A stretch of DNA of 64,000 nucleotides, taken from positions 1 through 64,000 of the forward strand of contig JAUCBJ010006608.1 of the NCBI GenBank assembly GCA_032718475.1. Reading direction: 5' to 3'. The notes under the pieces are model-generated. The model was not told the DNA's origin. It did no database searches and saw only the letters and a list, made by a program, of their open reading frames with translations. Source of the stretch: Nemertoderma westbladi. Its lineage: Eukaryota > Animalia > Xenacoelomorpha. Positions 27,011 to 39,230 of the stretch are shown one piece after another. Each line of letters opens with the position of its first letter. Within the stretch, counting starts at the first letter, position 1. The position numbers and the translations under genes are program-made.

Positions 27011-28049
27011 AAGCTAAGATAATAGCAGTTAATTAGTTAATTAAGTTGATTACGGTAAAAACACCATTTTCAACCTGCCTTTTAAAGGAAATTAATTGTT
27101 TTACAGTATAAGATTTAAATAATTATACTTAAAAATTATACAGATGTAATCCACATACGCCATTCTATTATAGTTTTTAATTAGTTTAAGTGATTTGCTT
27201 TATTAATTGTGTCTTTAATTGATCTAAAGTAATTAAAACGTCATAAAAAATTGATTCTCATTAAATACTGCTCATTTATTGGCTAACATGCTGGTACGAT
27301 GGAAGGATGTGTGTGTAAGGCAGCTATTTGCTGGGAATGATTATTGGTCAAGTCTCTGCTGGTGTGGAGCTAGCTGGCTTGGAGTTGTTGCTGTAGACTA
27401 ACCAGAGAGGAATTGTACTGTAATAGGCAACCAGTATTGCTATTCCAGCCCAGACATCATTCTTGAAATCCAACATCCCAACATCCTTCCTGTATTGACT
27501 CTACTATAAGTGTTGTATTGCTATCTCAGGTAAATGACAGATATAATAACATAAATACAATCCATGGCATGGCTGTTGTGTAGGCTTCTGAAATAGTTTA
27601 TTCCACAATGTATATGTCTGGTTATTTTTTAATGGAATTTTTGCAAAGTAGTAAAATTAATGTTCTTAAAAATAATATTATTATTTTATATGTAACCTAG
27701 GAAATTAGCTACATTTTTTCGCTGCAGCTTTAAGAGTGTACATTGATTTAATATTATTTCAATACCCATATTACTACATCGGCATAAGATGCGTTGGCGT
27801 TGTATCACACATCTCCACATATCACACATCTCCACATAGATGTATCAACAGTTACTCGCACAGTTTCGAAACTTCGCATAGTTATAACTGTATAAAGATC
27901 GTCAGTCTGCGTTTAGGAAAAATATTTTATGACAAAACAGGACAAGCGACGAGCGCAACGAGGCATATAATGAAGACGAGTACTGCGTTGACTAAATTGT
28001 TATATAAACCACCTGGCTTCACATATTGATCGCATCCCTAGTTATTATT

Positions 28050-28431
28050 ATTATAAAGATCGTCATAGCCTGCGTTTAAGAAATATTTAAATACAAAACA
28101 GGACGAACGCAAAGAGGCTTATAATGAAAACGAGTACTGCGTTTATTATATTCCTATAAACCACCTGGCTTTGCATATTTAACGTGCGATTGGAAATAAG
28201 TTCGTGCTACCCTTCCGTGGGTGGTAGATGTCGCGGTTATGTATTGGTGGGTGGGGGGAGGGGGGGGGGGTGTGCAGATTAAAAGGGGTGAACACGTACT
28301 GTCCCCCTTTCTTTGATTAATTGGTGGTGTGGGTTAATATCTCATAACCTGATTTTGTGATACAGTAGCACAATTTTAATTTGTATCTCATAACTGGGCC
28401 TCGTGCTGCGCGAAGGCCCCACGAACGTGTA
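28050..28431. repeat. Intact copy of the dispersed repeat that the Polinton interrupts (empty site GTTAAT at 28333-28338)
   Basis: Matches 37805-38091 joined to 55056-55148. Ends with stem-loop GGGCCTCGTGCTGCGCGAAGGCCC. Confidence 0.93.
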
Positions 28432-29099
28432 TATCCTTAATTGTAAATTTCCTGAATTTCAACAAATTTATCTTCCTGTAGAAAGTTACATAGACAATCT
28501 GGGGGTCTGAAAAAATTCATAATAATAATAAAATATGTATTTTTTCATAAAATAACCTTAACTTTTCATATAATATCTGTTAGAGGCGTGCAGACCTGAA
28601 AAACTGACCGTTGCACAAATGCAACATCATGCAGGAAGGTACAAAATTTGTTCGGCAAATTGTTCAGAAATTTCGGTCGATTTTATACATTTAGGTCAAT
28701 TATAGAGCTAAATTTGGGTGTCTACTGTATGTCTATTACCTCGGAATTGATGGGGGGGGGGGGGGGGGGGGGGGGGGGGTAGCGTTAAATCAATAATTTT
28801 TTCCAAATTTTTTTTATTTCATCAAGAGCATAATTTTATTAAGATTCCAAATTTGAAAACCGTTTAGCAAGATCTTTCTTACTTCTCGATATATGGCTGC
28901 CTCTCCGTTTTACTGTTGGTTTTGTCCGTCAGTATGTCTGTCCGTCAATAAAAAGCATACTATCTTTCTAAAAAATTATCTGTAAGGGTTTTCGTGGTCG
29001 GTGACTTCATTTCTGATGTCATGACAAATTTAATAAGAGGTGATTTTGTTCAATTCGTGCAGTTAAACCGGTCCGGTAGGCCTACTACCAATTTTTGGA

Positions 29100-30640
29100 C
29101 GGAATACTGCCAATGTCGGAAGACTGCTAAAATCGGTAGGCCGGTACGCAGTCAGTAAGCCCGACTCAATGTGAGCAGTCAATGAAGAGAACAAACATTT
29201 GGCTCATCAACGCGACATCACCAGGAAGAAACTCGAGATGGAACAACACAAGGAGGCATTAATTCTAGAACAACAAAGACAGTTGGCTGCGGCCAAATCG
29301 CAACAGGAGGCCTATGAATTGGAGGATCGACAGCAAATGGATTGCTCAAGAACTCGAGCAGGCTCAATCCCTGCTAAACAATGAGACGGCGCTGAGTCAC
29401 TAATCAGCAGCCTGAACCATCGATTGTGCGCTTCAAAGAGATACATGGAGCCAACCCCATAGAAGCACATCAACATTATGCGCAATAAATCTATAGACTG
29501 GTAGCCAAGGATTGGTTGGACCCAGTGGATGCTGGGACTCCTGGAAACCAGGTAAGTCACCCCGGAGGTTGCCATGAGCCCGAACCTAGAGACCAATTAG
29601 AACCAACCACATCTACGACCTCAAGTAGAGTCTCGGTAAAGATTTGTGACTAACGAAGGCGATCAAGCCGAGTGGGATGGAGCTCGAGACTGTGAGCGGT
29701 TTAATCCAAGTCCTACTCCAGGTAAGCCCAAGATCCATATGTATCAATTAAATTTAGCAATTAGGGAAGGTAATAAGGAGGTGTGGGATGAAGTCATCCA
29801 TAGAAAAAGGTAAAGTCCAACATATTCAGTCACAAGTCCAACAGGTACAGGGACAAGTTCAAACTGTATGTAGTGTTGTGCAAGAAGTGTAGCAAAGAAA
29901 TCAAAGAACGTCAAAGTGCAGGTGGATAAGGAGTTCGACCATGTTAGGTGTAATATCCCTGAGGTCAATGACCATGTAGAGCGAGCTCAACAGGAGAATG
30001 AAAAACTTAGAGTACAGGAACAACAGAAGAACAAAAGAATGTCCTGAAGACTATCCCAAGTTTAAAACACCACAATTGCAATAATGCCCAGTTATAAATA
30101 TTCAGACAGACTCAGAATTTGAGATTGACTATAGACCACCAGTCAGTGAGAAGGTAACCTATCACAGGACGAATTCGCGGACTCGTCCACAGGTAAGTTA
30201 TCCTACCCATCCGTTGGAACCGATTCCAACTGATGTCCATCAACGGGTAGGAAGGGAAGACAATACTATGGTCAACTCAATCGCAGTGGAGTTTTTTAGG
30301 TTCAGTGCGAGACACAGTCTTCCTCCATTACATCCTCCGCACTTCACTGGTTTATCTAAACATTGGAGAACCTTCATCAACTATATCAAGACCAATGTCG
30401 CACAACAGGATTTCTCACTGACTGACAAATTCAACTACTTATACCAACAGTTGAGAGGTCAACTGAAGGAATTGGTGGTACGTTTATAGGTGATGACAAT
30501 GCCTCTGAGGCGGCTTATGACAGGTTAGTTACTGTGTATGGCGGCAATGTAAAGATGGCCAGGTCAGTAATAGTTGAACTAACTCAGGGGGGACCAGCAC
30601 ATTCCCATATAGAATTAGTTAAGTTTTCAAACTCAATGTA
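29100..30640 (+). mobile_element. Degenerate Bel/Pao gag (coiled coil plus DUF1759-like region)
   Basis: LPPLHPPHFTGLSKHWRTF...LTDKFNYLYQQLRG...AYDRLVTVYG, broken by stops and frameshifts. Confidence 0.75.
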
Positions 30641-31715
30641 ACACCTCTGATCTTGTCAATTTCAGAATGCAAAAAACGTTATTGGAAAGCCCATGATATA
30701 TGCATTACATAACATGAGTTTCAGATCATTGCAATTTTATCGGTAAATTAAAACTGCTATATTTTGTTAAATTTCTCAGATTTTTTTTAAAAATTCAATT
30801 TTTCAAATTCAATGTGGCACATCTGATCTTGTCAATTTCACAATGCAAAAAACGTTATTGGAAAGCCCATGATATATGCATTACATAACATGAGTTTCAG
30901 ATCATTGCAATCATCTATCGCTAGATTTATCAGTAAATTAAAACTGCTATATTTTGTTAAATCTCTCAGTTTTTGTGACTCGTGTGACACCTTTTCCACT
31001 AAATATTTTTCAAAACGGTTTTTTGCATTGTACTTCTATATTAAAATGGCAAAACATGTCAAAGTTTCCAAGCAATTGGGGCAAAAAAGTTATTTTTGTA
31101 ACATTCTAAATTGTCTGGCCTCCAACTTGTCCGAGAGTAGCCTGATCCAGGATGCCACATACGATGCGAGAATGGAGTCAGCCATCAAATCCATCAGTCC
31201 ATCCCCACTGAAAAGTATTGTATCTAACAATATGATCATGGTGGTACAGCCCAATCTTACTTTTCTTAATTTTTTTTTCAATTACAATCTTAATTTTCTT
31301 TACATCAGTTGGGTTCTGTAAACTCTTCTTGAAAGATTCATATCAACTCAGCTTTGCTATTATCCTCTTATTTCCTCTTTGCTACTGTAGTTTACTGAAA
31401 CCAATATCCATTATTATTAGGCAACGGCTGGTATCCAATGAACCTTTTTAGTAGGAGAGTTTGTGTTGGTCTATCAGTCCGTTACTTATAATAAGAAAAT
31501 AGACCAATTATTTATTCATATAAACTGATCCCTTCGTTAACTTTGAGCTACTTGGCTTCCACTAAGCTTACAGCAGACAGTATCTAATGTGTACTGTATG
31601 TGTGTATTAGTATTACTTGTGTAGAAATATAGGGTATGTTTCTGTCATTATTAAAGTCATTCACAGAAGATTGTATTTTCGTTTGTGTAAAAAAATTATT
31701 TATCACAACTCTACA

Positions 31716-31823
31716 ATGTCAATAAAGGAAACTCTCCTACTCTCAGCTCTGGCAGCTCTTTTAGCTGTGGAGTGCAATGGAGACAACAACGAGGACTCCA
31801 ACAAATTAGTTGAAAGAGACAAT
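31716..31823 (+). CDS. First coding exon of a secreted protein, copy B (MSIKETLLLSALAALLAVECNGDNNEDSNKLVERDN)
   Basis: Signal peptide, GTAAGT donor at 31824 and an in-frame 3-nt indel relative to copy A. Confidence 0.65.
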
Positions 31824-32026
31824 GTAAGTTTGTTCTCAAAGCAGATTTGTCATATGTTTAGCTTTACAACAATGTTTGTAAAACCACTCCCCTGGCCTCC
31901 CTCTATTTACCCCCTATTTGTCTCAGCCTACAACCCAGCCCTCTCTATATAAAGAAGAATGTATGAAGAATTAGTTTTGTAAACTGTAAATATACTATAA
32001 AAGTTCTGAACATGCACTTTTCTGAA

Positions 32027-33668
32027 TGTCCAACTTTGGGACAGCCAAGCATCAGGAAGATGGCCGCCTAGACCGTTAGGCCATCAGCAACGCAGGGAAA
32101 AGATGTCCACAACACGCTAGCGCCCACATTAGATTAGACCGCGCACCCCCTTCGCCCTTTGAAATACTCCACTTACCATGCAGCGCCCGCTTTATGAGGA
32201 AGGTAAGACTTTGTTTGACGCCCTTGCCCGACGTAAGACCTATAGATCAGGGTAAGCGTGACGCCGTCCTGGGACGCCGCAAATTTTAGGATCAAATAAC
32301 TATGTTCTAGGCAGAACCCCCTTGTCAGTATTACGAATCCCTAGGTTACCTGTATACCTCATAGGTGCGAGCTATTGCCGTCCGTCGGTACACGAGTACA
32401 TATTAGGTACAGACAGCATACATTCCATAATTTAGTGATTTGCAGTACTGACTGTTTGGTACCGGTTTGCTTTGTAGAACATACATTAGTACCCCCCCCC
32501 CCCCCCCCCCCCTGCCTGAAGTTAGTTATTTGATCAGGCAAGGAGCATTTCTGCTACCGGCACACCGCTTGGCCTAGGGAGGTTTTATTAATATCCTACC
32601 GCGCCTTGCCACGTACTGATAGGTATTTGCTGTTAACTACCGCAGCAACAAAGTTCTAGAATCAAATTTGTATACCAGATCAGCTAACGTACGGTAGCAA
32701 TTAATCCCTATTTCTTATCTTACAACCAGAATCTGGTATTTGTGCCGATCACGGGTGTAGTTACTAACACCGTGGTTGCCCAGTTGAGTTGTGGATAGGA
32801 AGGAGAGAGCTTTGACGTCATTTGTAAGTATAAAGTTCTACAAAGCGCGACTAGCATATTTTAGTAGCTAGCGCACGGTATTGTTTTGGTCAGAGAATTA
32901 CTAAAACCTAGTAAATGATATACACCAAAATTGTTTTATTGTAACACACCCACACACACACGCCCTAAAACATATTTACCCTTAGAGTTCTACTAGATAG
33001 CGCACTTTAGATCACTTTAGGCAGAGTATATCTATAACTTACCATTCGTATTTGTAAAATTAGGATCAGATATTTAGTTACGGCAAGGGAGTGTTTCATT
33101 TTCGTTATTAACTGTTGTTTGCCTAGAGCAGCAGTATTGTTACATTGGGCACGACCCTTTTTAGACTGATTCAGACAGGGAGATCAGTATTGTTACGCTA
33201 GGTCTGTAACCCACCTAGCTCGTATATAAACCATATAAATCACACCGCGGCAAGTTACGGTATTTCGGACTGTCAGCGATAGTTAGGATTCGCTGCGCGG
33301 GGATTGTTTTCCCGTGAGTTTGGTCTGTTACTGTAACTGTACATCTGCCATACCGGTTAGAGGACAGGTATCCTTTTGTCTAGTTCGTAGGCATTAGACC
33401 CGCTCACGTACATAGAATAGACACCAGGCTCTGCTCCTCGCCAGTAGTAGTTTGTGTATTGTATCTGTTTGTTTAGATATCCTGGACTGGGATTTGTTGT
33501 CAGATACTGTACTAGCGCGTTTCATTACTAGAGTCTTACAGTAAGATACATCGTTACTAGGATCTGGTAAGCGGTATACTACTGGACTTTACGGTTAGAG
33601 ATATTCTACAGTATAGCTTCGTATTAGTCGATTTGTAGGCTGTAGGGTAGTCCCTACCGTAGAGGACA
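32027..33668. mobile_element. Possible solo LTR or other TE insertion
   Basis: GC-richer non-coding block bounded by TGTCC...GGACA. No matching TSD found. Confidence 0.3.
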
Positions 33669-34589
33669 CAACATTCTTAATTCACCATCACTCACTCTAC
33701 AACATTTAATTTATTATTATGTAAAGTTATTTTTACACAAGCGCGAAATCGCTCAAAAGTCCGCGCTAACTAACGCATGAAGTGTCTCCTTGAATGAATG
33801 GCTTACTAACAATCTTACTACCAAAAACATTCACCACACGATAGATGAATTGAACTCGGTACTTAGAGATTCCAAGTCCAACGCACGACCAACTTCGCCA
33901 CTGTGCTGTATGATACCTTATTACTAAAACCTAACTGGTACTTAACAAAAACAACGGAATGAATTCTAGAGGTGTAACTACGCCGACCTAATAATAAGAC
34001 TATAACATGGCCAAAACAACGACAAACAAATGACAGCATGTCCTGGAATATAGTGTCGTTATTCAAGTACATGAACCCCCCCCCCCCCCCCCCAAATTTT
34101 TCTACATATCGTAATGAGATTGCATGAAATTGACCATGTACTCGAATAACGACACTATATTCCAGGACATGCTGTACTGGTACTGGTGTGAAAAAAGTGC
34201 AAAGCTCTCCTGAAAACGTATCCCCCACATATAGAAAAAGTGAAATTAAAATTGCAACTTTCACATTTTTTGAAAATTGTTCAGCACTTGAAATTTTATA
34301 GTTCTGCAAAAAATTCAATATATGGTATATGGCAAATTATGGTAGCTATGGTGTTTTTATGGAGATTGTAAATTATATACTAGCTAGTAATAGAAAAAGT
34401 TTAAAACTGTTTTTTTTTATATATTGCGTTTGTATACTGTATGTGTTGTTGATTGGTTAACAAGCCTAAATAATTATCCTAGATAACAGCTGGATCTCAT
34501 TCAGGGACACTTTGCTGAATTTAGATTAAAAACTGTTCTAGAACATTAACCAAAATCAAAAAAGCACTAAAAAGTTGCTATCATTAACC

Positions 34590-34780
34590 GGCCAATTCGG
34601 TGATTCGGTCCCGTACAATTCGGTCCTAGGACAATTCGGTCCTTGGACAATTCGGTCCTAGGACAATTCGGTTCAGGACAATTCGGTCCCATTTATTTAG
34701 TGTTTTTGACCGAATTGTCCGGACCGAATTGTCCGGACCGAATTGTCCGGGACGTAATTGTGCGGGACCGAATTGTCCTA
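34590..34780. repeat. Foldback cluster of GACAATTCGGTCC units (direct, then inverted), MITE-like
   Basis: About 6 CAATTCGGTCC copies followed by about 4 GACCGAATTGTCC copies. Confidence 0.8.
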
Positions 34781-36745
34781 CATCCAAAATATGCTTGTCT
34801 CTGAAGTCCTTTGTGGGCATTTTAGAGCGGTAGTTTTAGAGAATTTTAAATTTAGAGCTAAAAACGATACTTTTTGGGCACGTTTGTATATAAAATAGGC
34901 CTTTATTTTTTATTTCTCGCAAAATTTAAGTCAAAATTCCTCAATAACATTGGATGTAAACATAAAATGAACCGGTTTACAAATTTGAACTCAATAAATT
35001 CAAAACTGTTCAAGAAATAGTCGTTTAGACAAAAGGAGGCCATATGCAGCCATTTTGGGACTTTAAAAAAAAACTGGATTAACCATTCTTAAAATAACAA
35101 CCAGACGATGCTTGGAAGCACTACGCTCAATTTACTCAACTTTAAGCCGTGGAAATATCACATTTTTATATTGTAAATAATGGTTAGTTAACAATCAAAG
35201 GAAGGCCTTATGAAGGCTTAGTTAGTTGTTAGCTAATTAGCAGACATGTTATAGTCATGTTAAATCTGTAGTTTCGCAATGTTAACTATAGGGGGGCCTA
35301 CTTAATTAAAATAATATAAAGAATCGTAAAATCGTCCAAATTACATTTCGCATCTGATCAATGAGAGGAAATGTATGATATGGAACAACGACTTACGACT
35401 ATCAGTATAATACAGTATGTATTATAATTGAGGTGCATCGGTGACGCATGAGTTCACAATCCGCGAGCTGGGAAACCATAAGCCATCGGCCGAGCTACGA
35501 CAAATTCAACATTTGTCGCCGGGAAGCAACAACAACCAGCTCATATGAATTCGGTTTCTTGAAATTCATCCCGAAACAGTCTCTCTCGTTCTCTCAACTT
35601 TAGGAAACCAATGTTCATCCACTGTAGTTTCTCCAGTCACTCAAGCTTCACATAAAAACGAACTAAATCAACTTAATCAAATTAATATTGATTGTGCTAA
35701 TTGTACAGTAAAGTTTGAGCAACCCAAATTCCATATTAATAGATAGTCGGGCAGAATCACGGAAATCGAGCAACCGTAATACATACAGTAATTGTTATCA
35801 TACTACAACAACAACTAATATGTGACGGGATCAGAGATCCCGACCGGGTTAGAAACGTATGCGTCACCGTTCTGCTGGGGATCGTGCTACTAGCTTTGGC
35901 CGAGGCCGTTTGGGAAAAACAGTGAAAGTTTCTATTGTCTCTCGATATTAATTAATATGGATGATAATAGCACGCCAGTAGATAATAAGCAGAAAATAAA
36001 GATTAATTGTTACCGGTATGGCGGTGGCGGTCATTAACTATGACCAGTCTGCACTGACTGAACTGAATAACACAACTGACTGGTAAACCAGTAATGTAAG
36101 ATAATATATGATTAACACATTGAATATTGGTTTACCTCCTACTCTACTTTGGCCCTCTACCCAATGGATGCTTTCCTGTTCCCTATCACGTGCCCCCCCC
36201 CCCCCCCCCCCCCCCCACTATGGGCTAACATACTACTTGTCACTTTGGCACTCCCTGGGAGTGTTTCCCCTCCGTTGCTAGCCTCTATTAGCTGCCTTCC
36301 CTCCGAGGTGGTTTGACCTCTCACCTTTCTCTGTGGCTTTGGGGCTTGTGTCGCCCCCCCCCCCCCCCCGATGTTGGTTATGATACGAGATTAATATTGG
36401 TAATCTCGTATCCCCAACATAGTTTAGATAGCTACCGCTAATCATTCAGTCATTGGCACGGTACACCGTATTGCTGTACTGCCGTTGTAGTGCGCACCGT
36501 AGGTACCACCCTACTACCGGTACCGGCTGACCGGTGGCAACTAGCACTTCAGCACACTTGCACAGCACTGCAGCAACAGCACTACCGGCGATACACAGGT
36601 TGGAATTTATGTAGAGTTTGCTCAACAGTACAGATATAAAATAGTTATCTAAATTATATATATTACTATTGACAAGTATTGAAATATATACCGTTATTCG
36701 TGTTATCAGTATTTGCAACATCTGACATTGAAGAGGTGAGAGAAG

Positions 36746-37174
36746 ATGAATACCGGCACTCAACAAAACCAACGCTTATCACAGGTCGGTATGGTTACCT
36801 CGAAACCGGCGCGACTGTCCACTCGAATACAACTTCAAAACACAAACGCCAACAATAAACTGAAAGCGAATCGAACGTCTTCAGAAGAATCTGTCATTGG
36901 GACGAAGAAAAGGAAGCCGAAACCACGGGAATGGACCACAGCTAAGATTGAATGCTCCCATTGTCAGAGTTCCTGGACCGAAATTGAAACACCAATTGCC
37001 GATGGGCTTGATCTCTCAAACCAAAACTTCCTCTGCGGTGTTTGCGTGGCAGTAAAGATTGAAAGTCTGGAAGCTGGCATCCCTAGGTATTATTATTACA
37101 GTACAGGCCACCAGAAAACGCAGATTTGTACAATTGTGAACACATTTTATCAAATGTGTACCAGTGTAATGTAA
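36746..37174 (+). pseudogene. Possible retroelement ORF1/gag fragment with degenerate PHD-like cysteine pattern
   Basis: Basic stretch KKRKPKPR, then CSHC...W...FLCGVC. Confidence 0.3.
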
Positions 37175-38091
37175 TGTTCTTGAACGGGACAATTGAACAT
37201 AATTGAACATAATTGAATTGGCAACAACCAAAATTTTTTCGCCAAAGGATACAATTGAATACTTTTGAAACGCTTAGTAATCTGGAAACTCTCTGTAGTT
37301 TGCCGCGATCTGTCACTCACTGCAGCTGGAAATGCGATAAGGATTTTGTTTACCTTTATAGTGTGCGGTTAATAGTGTCTAGTAGGCAGGCCTATAGTTA
37401 GTGAGGTTAAGGCATCTTCTGGTGTTTCTCTGTGCCCTCTCGGTGTCAGACTAATGGCGCGACATCTCCCTGCACTAAATTAATTATTCCATGGTCTAGG
37501 CTAGGCTCCTCCATCCATAAACCCATCCACTCCCATACACTCCATTAACCTCCATGTGGTCTTGTATGTCTCTCTACAAATACAGCCCATGTCCGCAATG
37601 TTATGCCCTGGGGGCTCTCTCATCTACTTGATATCAGACATACAGGCGCACCGCACACAAAGCCATTGTCGGTCCCAGCAAGTTAGCATCTGCTGTGTGA
37701 TCTATAAGATAACTCGCCATAACCTGCCAATCAGATGACTTGAACAAATGTGTTCACATGTGATCACATTGGATGAAATCTGCTTTTTCTGGTGGCCTGT
37801 ACTGTATAAAGAGCGTCAGCCTGCATTTAATAAATATATTTTAATACAAAACAGGTCGAACGCAAAGAGGCTTATAATGAAGACGAGTACTGCATTGATT
37901 ATATTCCTATAAACCACCTGGCTTTGCATATTGAACGTGCGTTTGGAAATAAGTTCGTGCTACCCTTCCGTGGGTGGTAGATGTCGCGGTTATGTATTGG
38001 TGGGTGGGGGGAGGGGGGGGGGGGGTGCAGATTAAAAGGGGTGAACACGTACTGTCCCCCTTTCTTTGATTAATTGGTGGTGTGGGTTAAT

Positions 38092-38289
38092 AGTAGTAGG
38101 AGAAACATAGACCTGGGAGTACTCCTCCCTAGCTTGGGCTACGGGCTAGATCTCGGAGGGCTATTAAAAATGCCAAATTCCGGTGCTAAATCGTGGTGTT
38201 TAATGACCATCTGTCACCAACAGTATTGATTCGCGTCGTTGCCTTGCCTTCAACCAATCGTTGCTTATTCACCTACGCGTAGCCTAACC
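38092..38289 (+). repeat. Left terminal inverted repeat (198 bp)
   Basis: Reverse complement of 54852-55049 with 3 mismatches. Confidence 0.97.
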
Positions 38290-38790
38290 TCGACCGATCG
38301 ACCGACCGACTGAATGCTGTTAACACTACTAACGACGACGTGGCCATCTACACGCATCACCACACATATACCCTACCCAATATTATATCGATTGCCAACT
38401 CAACGATTTACTCACCGCTAGCTAGTGCTACTCTTCGACAGCCATCGCCAATCCAACCAACCAAGCAGCCTACCAGTCCAGCACTATGATACGTGAAATT
38501 CCGCCACGTTCCAACTACACGTATACGAACATTTCCATAGTTACTCAACCTAACCAATCCCACAGCATCTGTGCGATATTGAAAGGCTACCACTAACATT
38601 ATACTGTGCGTTTTTATTATAATAATTATTGATTATTACACACAATCCTATGATTCATATTCTTTCACGTATTTCCTAACCACGCAACCAACCAGCCATT
38701 CATCCACGTTGCACCCCATCTCTTTTCTTATTCGTCGATGATTATGACAGGTCCCATCTCTTCTTCGTTGACTATGCCACATCGCAAATT

Positions 38791-38828
38791 TATATATAAC
38801 TGAATGTTTTTAATAAAATTCATCACTT
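38791..38828 (+). promoter_or_regulatory. Putative Pol II core promoter (TATA plus Inr)
   Basis: TATATATAA at 38791 and TCACTT about 30 nt downstream at 38823. Confidence 0.45.
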
Positions 38829-39055
38829 GTAATCTTCATGGTAATATATTGATACCATATCTAATTTTTTGTTCTCACTCTGAAATTGTGTTATTTCCTT
38901 AATAATTTCTACATTATCTTACTCGTTGTATATTCGTTGGTTGGAAACACTCGAATAAATGATACTGATTCCCACATTGGGTTTCTAAACGTAATTATGT
39001 AACTCAAAGGAAATCTCGTTTGGATGTGCGGGATAATTTTTAGTATCGATGAATA

Positions 39056-39133
39056 TATTAATCAAAGACGACTAGCAAAACTTATATTGAAACTGTTTCA
39101 ATATAAGTTTTTGCTATTCGTCTTTGATTAATA
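39056..39133. ncRNA. 78-nt near-perfect hairpin homologous to polB 43636-43675 (candidate hairpin/antisense RNA)
   Basis: Arms of 38 and 39 nt with one mismatch and one bulge, centred on 39094. The structure is seen directly; expression is unproven. Confidence 0.55.
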
Positions 39134-39230
39134 CAATTTTAGAGTGAGAACTATGGCGTCAATTTATTACAGCAATACGGTTTAAAATTTATCACTTGTA
39201 ATATTTTTCGTATTTATTATTATTATTATT

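Noticed and set aside
36371-36420. Hairpin ATGTTGG..GATACGAGATTA/TAATCTCGTATC..CCAACAT
   Set aside because: Isolated, adjacent to a C-run in TE debris, with no target or supporting context found.
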